DNA from: Andalucia godoyi And28
Lineage: Eukaryota > Protista > Jakobida
Direction: 5' to 3'
NCBI GenBank assembly: GCA_009859145.1
Contig: VRVR01000001.1
Span: 264,463 to 328,462 of the forward strand
DNA length: 64,000 nt
The notes below the pieces were generated by a model. That model had not been told where the DNA came from. It saw nothing but the letters and a program-made list of their open reading frames with translations, and made no database searches. This document shows, piece by piece, positions 24,752 through 37,927 of the stretch; the first letter of the stretch is position 1; each line of letters opens with the position of its first letter. A program made the position numbers and the translations under genes.

Positions 24752-26968
24752 ATGTTCGCGATGCGCCGTGCACCCACTCGAAGGCTCTCGAGTTTGCGTG
24801 AGACATTTCAGGTTGAAAAGGTCCGTGAGTATGTGAACCGCGCCAACAAGGATCCATTGGCGTATTGGGAAGCTGCGGCGCGCCGTTTGCCGTGGTTTGA
24901 ACCGTGGACTTCGGTGTTCATGTGGAACAAGGATCCGAACGACTCGACAAGTTTTTCGTGGTTCAAAGGCGGCAAAACAAACTTGTGCTACTCTGCACTC
25001 GATTCTCACGTATCGCCGTCGTCGTGTTCCATTTCCTCCAATTCATTCCGCCATTCTTTTTCGAGTGTTACCGAAAGCAAAGCTAAGAGTGGAAAACTGG
25101 AAACCGTGAATTTTGATGCGTCGCAATTGCGATTCGGAGACAAGTTTTCCTCTGGGGATGTGGATCGATCGAATCAGCTGGCTTTGCACTACATGTCTGA
25201 GGATGGAACAACGAGGACGTACACATATGCACAGCTTTTGGTATCAGTGAAGGAATATGCGGCGGCATTGCGAGGTCTGGGCGTGAAGAAGGGCGATCGC
25301 GTGACACTGTACATGCCAACTTGCCCGGAAGCAGTGATGCTTATGCTTGCTTGCACACGCATTGGAGCTATCCATTCTGTGATATTTGCGGGATTTGGGG
25401 CGAAAGCGATTGCGGATCGCGTTGTGGCTGCGGGTTCCAACTTTCTGTTTACTTCAGACGTGACTGCTCGACGAGGACACGAGGTCCCTTTGCTGCCGAT
25501 GGTGAGAGAGGCCGTGCAAATTGCATCTGACACATGCAAACGGGAAGGCACGGCAGACATTATCAAGAACGTCATTGTTCTTCCACGGTCGATAGCGCGC
25601 CCGAGTGTTTCGTCAGATAAGAGTGGAAGGCCAAGCGACGTCTGTGCAGAGCAGCAGACGAGAGAAATGACATGGGCGGAATTTTTGAGGCATGCTGCGA
25701 AAGGAACTAGTGAAGTAGAAAAGACGTCTGCAGACGATCCGGCATTCATTCTGGCGACTTCGGGAACGACGTCGAAGCCAAAGCTGGTGATTCACAGGCA
25801 TGGCGGATACCAGGTTCATATTTCCCAAATGGCAGACGTGCTATTTGGAATGAAGGCAGGGGAAAGGATATTGTCGCTCTCGGATATTGGATGGATCGTC
25901 GGACACTCATATATTGTCTATGCTCCACTCATTCTTGGGACCACGACGTACCTGTTTGAAGGAGGCCTCGACTATCCAACACCGTTCGTTTCGTGGAACA
26001 GATTCCTACAAGACTACAATCCTGATTTCATGTTTACTTCTCCAACTGCAATCCGGATGTGGATGAAATCGGGAGCCGCAGGTTTCCGTGCGGCTGCTCT
26101 GTCTGCAGAGACTCGACTTTCGCGCATCTTCTGCGCCGGAGAAGTTCTCAATCCGCCTGCGTGGGACTGGCTGCAAAACACAGTGTTTGAAAACAGAGTT
26201 CCTGTGTTGGACCACATGTGGCAGTCAGAGACGGGCGGTCCTGTGATGGGCAATCCATTTGGGATTGGCAGGATGCCCATCAAGGCGGGTTCCTGTGGCA
26301 TTCCGCTGCCTGGAATTGAAGTGTCTGTTGTCGATCCGCAAGCCGCGGACGAGCGTGTTCCTCCTGGCCTCAAAGCAAATGTTGCCTTCACTGCTCCTTT
26401 CCCAGGTCTGATTTCCGATATTTGGGGAGAGCCTGGTCGGTATAATCGGGAGTACTGGGAAAAGATCTACCTGAAAAGCGGAGCTTCGGCTCGAATGTAT
26501 GCGACTGGAGATGCTGCGCATCTTGATCAAGACGGATATGTCTGGTTTGCGGGACGTGCAGATGAGGTGCTCAAAATTGCAGCGCATCGCATTTCAGTAA
26601 TTGAAGTCGAGAGTGCGTTCCTGATGCACCCAGCGGTCGCTGAAGCCGGAGTCACCGGCCAGCCGGATGAGATTCGAGGAGAAATCATTGCGGCATTTGT
26701 GGTGCTCAAAGATGGGTTCCACGGAAGCGACTCGCTCAAGCAGGAAATCATCAATACCGTACGACGTGAGCTCGGGCACGTTGCAGTCATTGGATCCGTG
26801 CGGTTCGTCAAGATGATTCCAAAGACGAGGTCGGGTAAGATTGTTCGACGTGCGCTCAGGGCCGTCGTTGCTGGAAAGGACGTTGGCGACATTTCAACTT
26901 TGGAAGACGGGGCATCGATCGAAGAGGCAAGAAAGGCCGTTCAGCAGCTCGGCCTCGCCGCTGCATGA
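24752..26968 (+). CDS. ACS: Acetyl-CoA synthetase (acetate-CoA ligase) with a probable mitochondrial presequence
   Basis: DPLAYWEAAA, WFKGGKTNLCY, ATSGTTSKPK, SDIGWIVGHSYIVYAPL, DHMWQSETGG, GRADEVLK and IPKTRSGKIVRR. Arg-rich N-terminus MFAMRRAPTRRLSSLR. Confidence 0.95.
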   Translation: MFAMRRAPTRRLSSLRETFQVEKVREYVNRANKDPLAYWEAAARRLPWFEPWTSVFMWNKDPNDSTSFSWFKGGKTNLCYSALDSHVSPSSCSISSNSFRHSFSSVTESKAKSGKLETVNFDASQLRFGDKFSSGDVDRSNQLALHYMSEDGTTRTYTYAQLLVSVKEYAAALRGLGVKKGDRVTLYMPTCPEAVMLMLACTRIGAIHSVIFAGFGAKAIADRVVAAGSNFLFTSDVTARRGHEVPLLPMVREAVQIASDTCKREGTADIIKNVIVLPRSIARPSVSSDKSGRPSDVCAEQQTREMTWAEFLRHAAKGTSEVEKTSADDPAFILATSGTTSKPKLVIHRHGGYQVHISQMADVLFGMKAGERILSLSDIGWIVGHSYIVYAPLILGTTTYLFEGGLDYPTPFVSWNRFLQDYNPDFMFTSPTAIRMWMKSGAAGFRAAALSAETRLSRIFCAGEVLNPPAWDWLQNTVFENRVPVLDHMWQSETGGPVMGNPFGIGRMPIKAGSCGIPLPGIEVSVVDPQAADERVPPGLKANVAFTAPFPGLISDIWGEPGRYNREYWEKIYLKSGASARMYATGDAAHLDQDGYVWFAGRADEVLKIAAHRISVIEVESAFLMHPAVAEAGVTGQPDEIRGEIIAAFVVLKDGFHGSDSLKQEIINTVRRELGHVAVIGSVRFVKMIPKTRSGKIVRRALRAVVAGKDVGDISTLEDGASIEEARKAVQQLGLAAA

Positions 26969-26989
26969 CCATAATGATTGTTGTTGTTG

Positions 26990-27020
<31 letters not shown>

Positions 27021-27676
27021 TGATGCTGCTTTCCTCCTGTTGTACTGTCTCGTTGATTCCGCATCGAGGGTCGAGGAGAAGGGGGGAATGCCTTGCACCG
27101 CATCGCAAACAGCAGCAGTTCTGGTTCTCTCGACCCCCCTTCTCCGCGTGGCGTGCGTCACGTAACGACAGATTCACCCAAGGATTCGCAGATTCTGGGA
27201 GTTCTGTGCCTTCGTTCCGCTTCCGTTTGTTTACAAAGCTGTGTAAGCAACTGCGAATTCGAGTGAGCACCACTCGGTCCACTTGCAAACCCGGGTGCTC
27301 GTAACAACCTACTTTCCTCCGACGCCGTGGAACACCGGTCTGAGCAAACTGCATTTTCCGCGGTACGGAGTTTCTCCAACGTCCGGTGGTTCGAATGCGT
27401 AACCGTTCGCTTCGAAAGCGTAAAGCTGTGCAGTGTTTCCGAAAGCGTTACTCTTCGAGAAAGAAGAAGCCCGTCCTTTTTATTTCCACTCTCTCGTTCT
27501 TCGTCTGCCTTCTGTGTCGTTGGGGGTTTTATTTCTTTCTTTTTCTCCTTTCCTCTCTTTCCCTTTTGCTTTATTTTCTTCTTTCCAACACAAAAACACT
27601 TCTTTTCATCTACCGTCTATTCTGCTTGCAGATTTTTACGCAGCACGCATACCGCACAAGGAAAAGGAACACAGGA

Positions 27677-28174
27677 ATGTCAGATAAGAAGGGCTCGACA
27701 TCGATTTTTGACCGACTTGCGGATCCGTCCAGTTTCCACGGGACTCACAAGCACCGGTTTGACAAGGACGGACATGGCCGCGGCCTCGATGGTCGCGAGT
27801 CCGTTGCGAAGGGTCCTGGGTACTCTGCAGGTGGACGGTCGACGAACGGTGTCAGCGATCTTTCGCAGATCACTCGTTCGAACCTCAACAAGACTGGAGG
27901 CCGCATGGAGAATCTCAAGACTCCCCAGATGCTGGATGCACAGGAAACAAACGGAGGACGGTCCAAGAGTCCTTCGCCGCGAGAGCGCGAGGCCTCGCCG
28001 AGAAAGACAGCGGCGACTGGCGGATCTATCTTTGACCGACTTGCAGATCCGTCGTCGTTTCATGGAACCCATAAGCACAGATTTGACAAGGAAGGGAACG
28101 GAGTTGGAAAGGTCGGACGCACTCAGGAAACTGGAACCCGCGATCTGTCCTCCATGATGCGCCCCAATCTCTAA
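27677..28174 (+). CDS. Protein with two partial p25alpha (TPPP C-terminal/apicortin-type) repeats
   Basis: SIFDRLADPSSFHGTHKHRFDKDGHGRGLDGR and a second copy ending in GNGVGKVGR (GxGxGxxGR motif). Confidence 0.85.
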   Translation: MSDKKGSTSIFDRLADPSSFHGTHKHRFDKDGHGRGLDGRESVAKGPGYSAGGRSTNGVSDLSQITRSNLNKTGGRMENLKTPQMLDAQETNGGRSKSPSPREREASPRKTAATGGSIFDRLADPSSFHGTHKHRFDKEGNGVGKVGRTQETGTRDLSSMMRPNL

Positions 28175-28419
28175 ATGTCGCAGAATGCCCTCTGCTCGTC
28201 TGTCGATGTATTTTATTGTTGTTGTTGTTTGATGTTTTCTCTCTCTCTCTCTCTCTCCTCTGTCCTATCTTATATTTATCAATTCCCAAGAAAAGAAAAA
28301 GAAAAACCCGAGAGGGGAGGGAAAGTAAGCTGTTGGTTGTTCGTGTATATACTTGATTAGTAAATTGGAAAAAGAAGAAAAAGAAGGGGGGAAAGGTATT
28401 GCCCATGGAACCACAGTGT

Positions 28420-28968
28420 TCAAAAGATGATGGAGTATTGAAAGACGACCTGTTGAAGATCGATTCCCTTGACAAATTCTTCAAACGAGATGCGACCAGC
28501 AGGATCAATATTTGCGTTTTCGGCGACTGCTTTTTCGGCAACACTCTTAATCTCGGTAGGATCGAGGTAGTTTCCCAAGCACAGCTGCAGGACCTTGATG
28601 AGGTCGTCTTTGGAGACAAGCCCATCGCCGTCTGCGTCGTACAGAGAGAACAAGAACCGGGTCTTTTCATCGGGCGGAGCGAGTGGAGCAAACACTTTGA
28701 GCATCAGAACAAACTCCGAAAAGGAAAGCAGTTGCGAACCATATGGATCAAAAAGGTCCAGAATTCGGGGCAGAAACGGATTCGAGGAGAACACTTCCCA
28801 GTTGCAAAGATCGCCCACGGATATCACTCCGGATCCTGAGCTGTCGAGCGAGAGAAACACGCGAAAGAGACGCAGCACTTGGTCTTCGGAAAACGTCGTT
28901 TTCATCCGCAACTCTTCCACAATCTCTGCATCCAGCACGCATTCTAACGACGATTGCCGCTGACCCAT
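28420..28968 (-). CDS. CNB1: Calcineurin B-like EF-hand protein
   Basis: MG myristoylation-type start, LDSSGSGVIS, SNPFLPRILDLFD, FLFSLYDADGDGLVS and GRISFEEF. Confidence 0.85.
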   Translation of the reverse strand: MGQRQSSLECVLDAEIVEELRMKTTFSEDQVLRLFRVFLSLDSSGSGVISVGDLCNWEVFSSNPFLPRILDLFDPYGSQLLSFSEFVLMLKVFAPLAPPDEKTRFLFSLYDADGDGLVSKDDLIKVLQLCLGNYLDPTEIKSVAEKAVAENANIDPAGRISFEEFVKGIDLQQVVFQYSIIF

Positions 28969-29329
28969 TCTCTTCTGGCACTAACTCACTCGCTGGCTGG
29001 CAAGAACATGCATACGTAAGCGGATAAGCAAGGAATGAGGTCCCAGTTTTGGACGGGGATGTGATTTGATTCGGAATTGTTTCCAACAGCGCTGGGAAAT
29101 CGAGAGAGGTGGTTGAGGGGGACGAGAGTGCTGTCATATCGCATCATCCTTCATTTGCTCGCATCTCTGACATTCGCGGAGCGTGTTGTTTTTTTGTGTT
29201 CATGCCACCCGGGCACACTGAATTCGAGAAACGAGAGAATTTTCGTCATACTAAATGTACATAATGATAATGATAAAGATAAAAGAACAAGAAGAATGGG
29301 GAAACGAGGAATGATGAAATTGCGGGAAA

Positions 29330-29971
29330 CTACGTTTCGGGTTGTGGGACGGCAAGGCGGGAAGGAGACACGACTGTGGAAGGGTGGGTTTTGGCTCTTG
29401 ATGCAAGGGTTGAGCACACATGGACGTTCCACCCGAGGCCGGCGAGACTGAGAACGGCGGGGCGGAATGGAAGGGGAATGAGAGCCAGGTTGACGGCGTG
29501 GACAGCGGGCCAGAAGAGTCCTCCGGTGAGCCAGAGGCCTGGTAGAGTGTTTTGGATGGCGCGGGAAATATCCTCAATCGGGCGACCCTGAAGCAAAAGC
29601 GGAACGCCAAGAACCACAGAAAGTCCAATCGGGGCAAAAATTGCCGAATTGAGCGCGACTTTGGCGGCGATTCGTGGGATACTCCGACCGGGAAGCACTC
29701 GCTCCATGGCTCCAAACCACACCACTCCAAGCGGACCCATCAATCCTCCTGCCACCCCCATTCGGACATTCCGATTCCAATCAATCCCATCCACCCGACG
29801 TCTAATTTCCGACCACCACGCCGCATCCGTGTCCGTGCTCGCCAATGCCGACAATGGCGACATCTGCGACATCTGCGACAGCTGGGCAATCGCATCTCCA
29901 GCACTCATTAGCCCCGCGGAGACCGCCGCATTCACCACAATCGGATACCTCTCAAACGCCAAACGCAACAT
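29330..29971 (-). CDS. Mpv17/PMP22 family membrane protein
   Basis: AGDAIAQ, DWNRNVRM, KVALNSAIFAP, FWPAVHAVNLALIPLPFR. Confidence 0.9.
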   Translation of the reverse strand: MLRLAFERYPIVVNAAVSAGLMSAGDAIAQLSQMSQMSPLSALASTDTDAAWWSEIRRRVDGIDWNRNVRMGVAGGLMGPLGVVWFGAMERVLPGRSIPRIAAKVALNSAIFAPIGLSVVLGVPLLLQGRPIEDISRAIQNTLPGLWLTGGLFWPAVHAVNLALIPLPFRPAVLSLAGLGWNVHVCSTLASRAKTHPSTVVSPSRLAVPQPET

Positions 29972-30263
29972 CCGATCAATCCAAGTAACTGCAGCACTGC
30001 GAACAAATTAACAAAAAAAAAATATTAAAAATCAAAATCGACACGAATATGAATGAAGACGTTCGTTTGTTGGGATACGTTGCTTGCTCACGCAAAAAAA
30101 AGAAAAAGAAAGAAAGGAAAAAAGGCCCAAGCATTCACCAAAAAAGGAGAAGGAAAGCGAGAGAAAAAGAGAAATGTCCGAACTTGAGGAATGCGTCAAC
30201 GTTTGATTCTTGTTGTAGATGCCTCCCTCAAACCTTTCTTCCTTTTGTTTAATTTATTGATAT

Positions 30264-32871
<2,608 letters not shown>

Positions 32872-33397
32872 TCAGTCAGAAACCTGTACCGAATTAAATT
32901 AAATTTGATATATCAAGAATGGGGAATTAGAGATAAATAACAGAGTTATAAGGACTCTGGATAATTACTGATAAAGACAAAACGAATTGGGAAAAGAAGA
33001 AGAAGAAAGTAGTAAATGGACAGAAAAGAAAAAATGTGCGAAATTCGCGGTTTTGTACAGCTGTTGGCGTATTTGAAAGAGACAAAAGACGCCATGTTTG
33101 GGAGAGACTGTGTATATTGCAAGCATCATCGCTGCGACATTTAAAAAGGACTATTATGACGTGTTGTTGTTGTTTTTGAATCATGTTGGACTGTCTTTTT
33201 TGCTTTTTTTGCATTGCTCAACATTCATGCGTAGTAGCATAAAAATTAAGAGGAGTAGTAGTAGTAGTAGTAGTAATAATAATAAGGCTCTGATTTCACC
33301 ACACAACAGCACCGACATTGAATGGCATACCGCATTTATTGCACGATATCTAATCTCGACGAATTTCCAGCTTCCATAGGTGCAATAACAAAAGAGA

Positions 33398-35920
33398 TTA
33401 AAGTTTGAGCAAATCAGGGTGAATGGTGACAAATTTCCGAGAGAGGCCACGGGGACGAAGCAGATCGGATCCCGAAGTAAGCCACTTTTGAACAGCAGTG
33501 CTCATGACAGCCTTTTCTGCAGCTTCGATCGCCCGTTCACGTTTGCTGAGCTTCTTCTTGCTGGTAACTTGCTCGCCATCTTCATCAACTCCGTCCAGCT
33601 CTGCAGCATCTTCCCGTAAACCGGTTTCCATACGAGTAGCAATGCGATCTTCGCGAGCGTGCTTCCATTCTTGGAATCCCTTCTTCTCCAGCATCTTTGC
33701 CAGACGCATGACTTCCCGCAGATATCCAGTCTGATCGCGGCTGGTAAACAAAGATTCGCGGCTCTTTTTCTGCACCTTTGACCTCCATGAATCGCCAAAA
33801 ATTTGCTCGACATGCGCGATGAATGCGCGATGCTCCTGCGGAGCGATAAACGAATAAACTTGGCCAACGGTTTGCGACGAGATGCGCCCACAACGACCTG
33901 ACCGATGAATAAACGAATCGACATTGTGCGGAACATGAAAGTGCACAACAACATCGACAACAGGAATGTCAAGCCCACGAGCCGCAACATCCGTGGCGAC
34001 GAGAATACGTGCTGGAATGGCAGCCTTCGAGGTAGGAAGAGCCTGTGCCTTGGAGAATCGCTCGAGATATGTCAAACGCTGACGTTGCTGCATCTTGGAG
34101 TGGATGACACCCACACTTTCAAATATGTTGAGAGACTGCAGCACACGGAATACACGCTTAGCGGAATCAATTGCATTCACAAAGACCAGCATCGTAACAC
34201 GGCTCTTGAACTGCGTCAAGAATTGCACAAGCGTCGCATCTTTTTCCTCCGGAATGCACTCGATGTAGTGATGCGTCATCTTTTCCGAAAGGGTTCGGTG
34301 CAATTGGTCCGCGGGCGGTGAAGACGAAGACGATGACGATGCCGTTGTTGTCCCTCCCCCTCCACCTCCAGAAGGATGATTTCCGGGCAGAAACGTGACG
34401 TCAATGGTCTTCCAAAACTGTCGACGGGAGAAGTCTGTCCCAAGAATCTCTCCAAAGACTTCCCAAATAGACTTGTCTTGGTGATCTCTCCCCCTTTCCT
34501 TGCGATGGTACTTGTTTTCCTTCATGGCGGCAACTGCAAGGGTCGCCGAAAAAAGATAGATGGAACGCTTGCGCCCACGTTCTGGCTGGTGGCTTGCCAG
34601 ATACTCCCAGATATTCTTGAGTTCGGGATACTTCCCAGTCGTCAGCATCTGGTCTGCTTCGTCAAAGACAACTCCTTCCAATTCGGAAACATCGCAGATA
34701 TGTCGAACGGCAATATCGTCGCCGTTCAGAGACTTTTCAAAGCTTGAAAACACACTTTGGTCAGTAGCGTTCGCGCTGCTGGAGGGAGCAGCAGGAGCCA
34801 CCAGAGGAATGGAATGGAACTGCGACATGAAATCCCACAATCGACCGGGAGTAGTCACAAGAATTTCTGGCCTTCTCGATAAGAGTCGTTCTTGCTTGGC
34901 CTTTGAAATACCCCCAACAAGCGAAACGCATTGTATGGGAGTAAATTCCAGAAGCGCATTCACGTGTGCACTGATTTGGATTGCAAGCTCGCGTGTTGGA
35001 GCCACCATAATGGCGCGCAGCTTCCGAACCCTGTCTGCGGACCAGCTTGCAAGAATCTTTTGTACAATGGGAATTGCAAACGCAAGCGTCTTTCCAGATC
35101 CAGTCTGTGCAACACCGCAAATTCCAGGCTGTGGAGAAAACAACGCCACCGGTAACACCGCTGACTGAATACGCGTGGGAGACTCGAACTTCAGCTTGTG
35201 CAGAGCCGCAAGAATGCGCGGATCGAGAGCAAACGGCAGCCAGTTCGGTAGCGCGTGTGCAAGCTTTTCCACAGGCATTGGCAGGTCCAGGTGCTTCTTC
35301 ACATACAAGTAATCTGGATCCAATTTTCTTGGCTTCTTTTTTGCAGACGAGTCTGCTTCATCTGCTGCTGCTTCTGGCGGCTTGATTTCCTCAAATGAAA
35401 CCAGAGATGCGAGTCCGTTGGACAACCGCTTTAGCATTCCAGACGAAACAAAATTCTTCCACTCGGACTCCGTTTGCTGCGTCGATTCTGCAAGCCGCAG
35501 CGATTGCTCAAATTCATCATCGTTCATCTCGACAAAGTCTCCGTGTTCAAATTCAAGTTGCGCAAGTCGATCTTGTTTGGAAAGTTTCTTTCTTGACTTT
35601 TTGTCTTGTCCATCTTCACCTTCATCTTCATCTTCATTTCCACCTTCCTCTTCCTCAAACTCCTCGCCGTCATCAACCGCACCCAAGTCCTCATCGATTC
35701 GCTCATCTCCTTCCAAAAGACCAAGTTCCTCATCCTCCATCAATGCAAGATCATCTTCGTTGAAATCGCCATAATCGGCCATTTCATCGTTCAAATCCAC
35801 AATTCCGTCTTCATCTTCCAATTCCACTCGCTTCAACTGTGTCCTTGCTTTCTTCGCCTTGTTCAACACTGGAGCGTCCTTTCTTGCCCTCTTTCCCAGA
35901 AGTACTCGCAAATTCACCAT
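33398..35920 (-). CDS. DDX24: DEAD-box RNA helicase DDX24/Mak5
   Basis: AQTGSGKTLAF, APTRELAIQI, TPGRLW, DEAD, LFSAT, ATDVAARGLDIP, HRSGRCGR, HSKMQQRQRL and an acidic N-terminus. Confidence 0.88.
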   Translation of the reverse strand: MVNLRVLLGKRARKDAPVLNKAKKARTQLKRVELEDEDGIVDLNDEMADYGDFNEDDLALMEDEELGLLEGDERIDEDLGAVDDGEEFEEEEGGNEDEDEGEDGQDKKSRKKLSKQDRLAQLEFEHGDFVEMNDDEFEQSLRLAESTQQTESEWKNFVSSGMLKRLSNGLASLVSFEEIKPPEAAADEADSSAKKKPRKLDPDYLYVKKHLDLPMPVEKLAHALPNWLPFALDPRILAALHKLKFESPTRIQSAVLPVALFSPQPGICGVAQTGSGKTLAFAIPIVQKILASWSADRVRKLRAIMVAPTRELAIQISAHVNALLEFTPIQCVSLVGGISKAKQERLLSRRPEILVTTPGRLWDFMSQFHSIPLVAPAAPSSSANATDQSVFSSFEKSLNGDDIAVRHICDVSELEGVVFDEADQMLTTGKYPELKNIWEYLASHQPERGRKRSIYLFSATLAVAAMKENKYHRKERGRDHQDKSIWEVFGEILGTDFSRRQFWKTIDVTFLPGNHPSGGGGGGTTTASSSSSSSPPADQLHRTLSEKMTHHYIECIPEEKDATLVQFLTQFKSRVTMLVFVNAIDSAKRVFRVLQSLNIFESVGVIHSKMQQRQRLTYLERFSKAQALPTSKAAIPARILVATDVAARGLDIPVVDVVVHFHVPHNVDSFIHRSGRCGRISSQTVGQVYSFIAPQEHRAFIAHVEQIFGDSWRSKVQKKSRESLFTSRDQTGYLREVMRLAKMLEKKGFQEWKHAREDRIATRMETGLREDAAELDGVDEDGEQVTSKKKLSKRERAIEAAEKAVMSTAVQKWLTSGSDLLRPRGLSRKFVTIHPDLLKL

Positions 35921-36483
35921 TTGTCTTACTTGCTGTCTTACAACGGAATACTGTGACACTGCTCTTTTTTCCTTCTATAATTACTACTCTTTATCCTCGC
36001 CTCCTTTCTTTTCTTTTTCTTTTTCTTTTTCTTTTTCTTTTTCTTTTCTTTTTTTTTTCTTTGTCTCATACACGCTGTGATTCTCCAAAGAGTCCAGACC
36101 GGGAGGAGAAGAAGAAACAGAACAGATAGAAAAACGACATGACGAATGAATGACTGAACACAAGTTATGGACAAGCGCGAAATAGGTCATGCATCAATTG
36201 ACGCAAAATGGCTGTTTTTCCCGCCCACATCTTTCCTTTCCTTCCAAAAGATCCAAACAAAACGAAACAGAAACCAACTCATTTAACAATAATAAAAATT
36301 ACTTTTAAAATAATAATAAAGAAGAACAGGCTTCTTTTTTTATTCATTCTTGTTCGACAGTTCAGTATTGTGATTCGGTAACGAGTATATATATACGCGC
36401 GCGCGCACACACACACATATATATACATACATACATACACATTCACATTCACATTCACCAAAAAGAAGAGTAACGATTCGAAA

Positions 36484-37719
36484 ATGCACAGAAGGACAGT
36501 CTTGTCTGAGCTGCAACGGCCAAGGCACCGCGAGACGACCAGTCGCTCGTTTTCATTTGGAAAGACTCCACGACCGATCACGTCTGAAGTGATCGCTGAT
36601 TTTGCAGAGCCGGCTCGAGACCCATCTCCGACTGCCGCGGATGTTCGTCTTGCCAAACGATCGCGAACCACTGCTTTTTCCACTGAGCTTACTGCTGCGA
36701 AAACTGCAACCGTCCCCATCGTGGTTGCTTCCAAACCAACTCCAAATTCTGCAAAGCAGGTAAAACCCGCAACTGCAAAGCCGGCATCCGTTGCTGCTCC
36801 TGCTCCGGTTCCCAAGAAGAAAGGCAAGGCACGCCTGCATGCTTCTTCTTCAACAGCGTCGTCCAGCAAGTCGAATCCGAAAAGCACGCTCGCGGAAACT
36901 CCGAGACCACCGATCCTGAAAAGAGATGCCAAGAAGCCGATGCCGATGCCGATGCCGAAGTCAAAATCGCAGTCGAAACAGAAAACTCGAAAACGGTCCA
37001 AAGCATTGGACGATGAGGAAGAGGAGGAGGTTATGGTGGTCGACAGTCGAAAGGAAGGGGAAGAAGAGAGTGGGAATGATGCTGAGTACGTGCCGGAAGC
37101 AAAGGGAAAGGCTTCTGCTTTGAAAGGATCGGGCAAACGAAAAGGAAGAAAGATCCCTGTGTTGGATGAACCGGATGTTGTGATTGAGGATGCAACGCTG
37201 TCCAGGACTGCCGATTTGATCGTGGAAGCGTTGTCGGATCTTGCAGAGAGCACCAAGGCGGCGTATCCCAACGAGGAAGACATGCTGGATGCGTTTGTGG
37301 ATCGCTTCAGAAGATCGATCGAGGCGTCGTTGTTCAAGGCCCATGAAAGACTTGTTTTGGAACAGACGGCACAGCGAGTCAGAAAGCAGCTCATCACAGC
37401 CCGGGGAGAACTGCTGGCTCTCGAAAGGCGGCGAGGGGAGCTGCAGCAACGGCTGAAGGAACTACAAGCTTTTGACAAGCAGAGGGTGGAGAAAGATGCA
37501 AAAAAGGCACAGGTGGACGAATTTCTTGGAAAGTGGCAGTCGTTCGTTACGGGTCTTCGCCAGCAGGCCGCTTCAGACCCGGATGTTTCTTCAGGACATG
37601 AGGTTGCTCTGGCGTCCAATTTGGAAGGCATCATCCATGAAATCCAAGCTGTTGTCGATGCTGGCCGACACACGCTTCCAAGACTCGTGCATGATCTCGA
37701 AAATCTCGTATCCAAGTGA
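36484..37719 (+). CDS. Hypothetical protein, possibly CENP-U/Ame1-like kinetochore subunit
   Basis: Basic disordered N-terminal 220 aa, then a helical/coiled-coil C-terminus (DLIVEAL...DAFVDRFRRSIEASLFKA...VLEQTAQRVRKQLITARGELL) resembling CENP-U architecture. The ORF is solid; the family call is weak. Confidence 0.55.
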   Translation: MHRRTVLSELQRPRHRETTSRSFSFGKTPRPITSEVIADFAEPARDPSPTAADVRLAKRSRTTAFSTELTAAKTATVPIVVASKPTPNSAKQVKPATAKPASVAAPAPVPKKKGKARLHASSSTASSSKSNPKSTLAETPRPPILKRDAKKPMPMPMPKSKSQSKQKTRKRSKALDDEEEEEVMVVDSRKEGEEESGNDAEYVPEAKGKASALKGSGKRKGRKIPVLDEPDVVIEDATLSRTADLIVEALSDLAESTKAAYPNEEDMLDAFVDRFRRSIEASLFKAHERLVLEQTAQRVRKQLITARGELLALERRRGELQQRLKELQAFDKQRVEKDAKKAQVDEFLGKWQSFVTGLRQQAASDPDVSSGHEVALASNLEGIIHEIQAVVDAGRHTLPRLVHDLENLVSK

Positions 37720-37927
37720 CCTGCCAGCTTGTCCGATTATATTTTATTCTTTATTCTTTATTCTTTATTCTTTTATTCTTTCTCCTCCTTGTATTATTAT
37801 GATGATGAATGATGTTTCCCATCACACACTATTCATGTACTCCGCAGCCGATTTTTTGACATCAACTATTATTATGATAATAATAATAATACATAAATAA
37901 TACATAATAAAAAAATAACTGGTTTTA

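Noticed and set aside
27384-27400. GGTTCGAATGC, resembling a tRNA T-loop/B-box
   Set aside because: The T-stem does not pair and no cloverleaf can be built.
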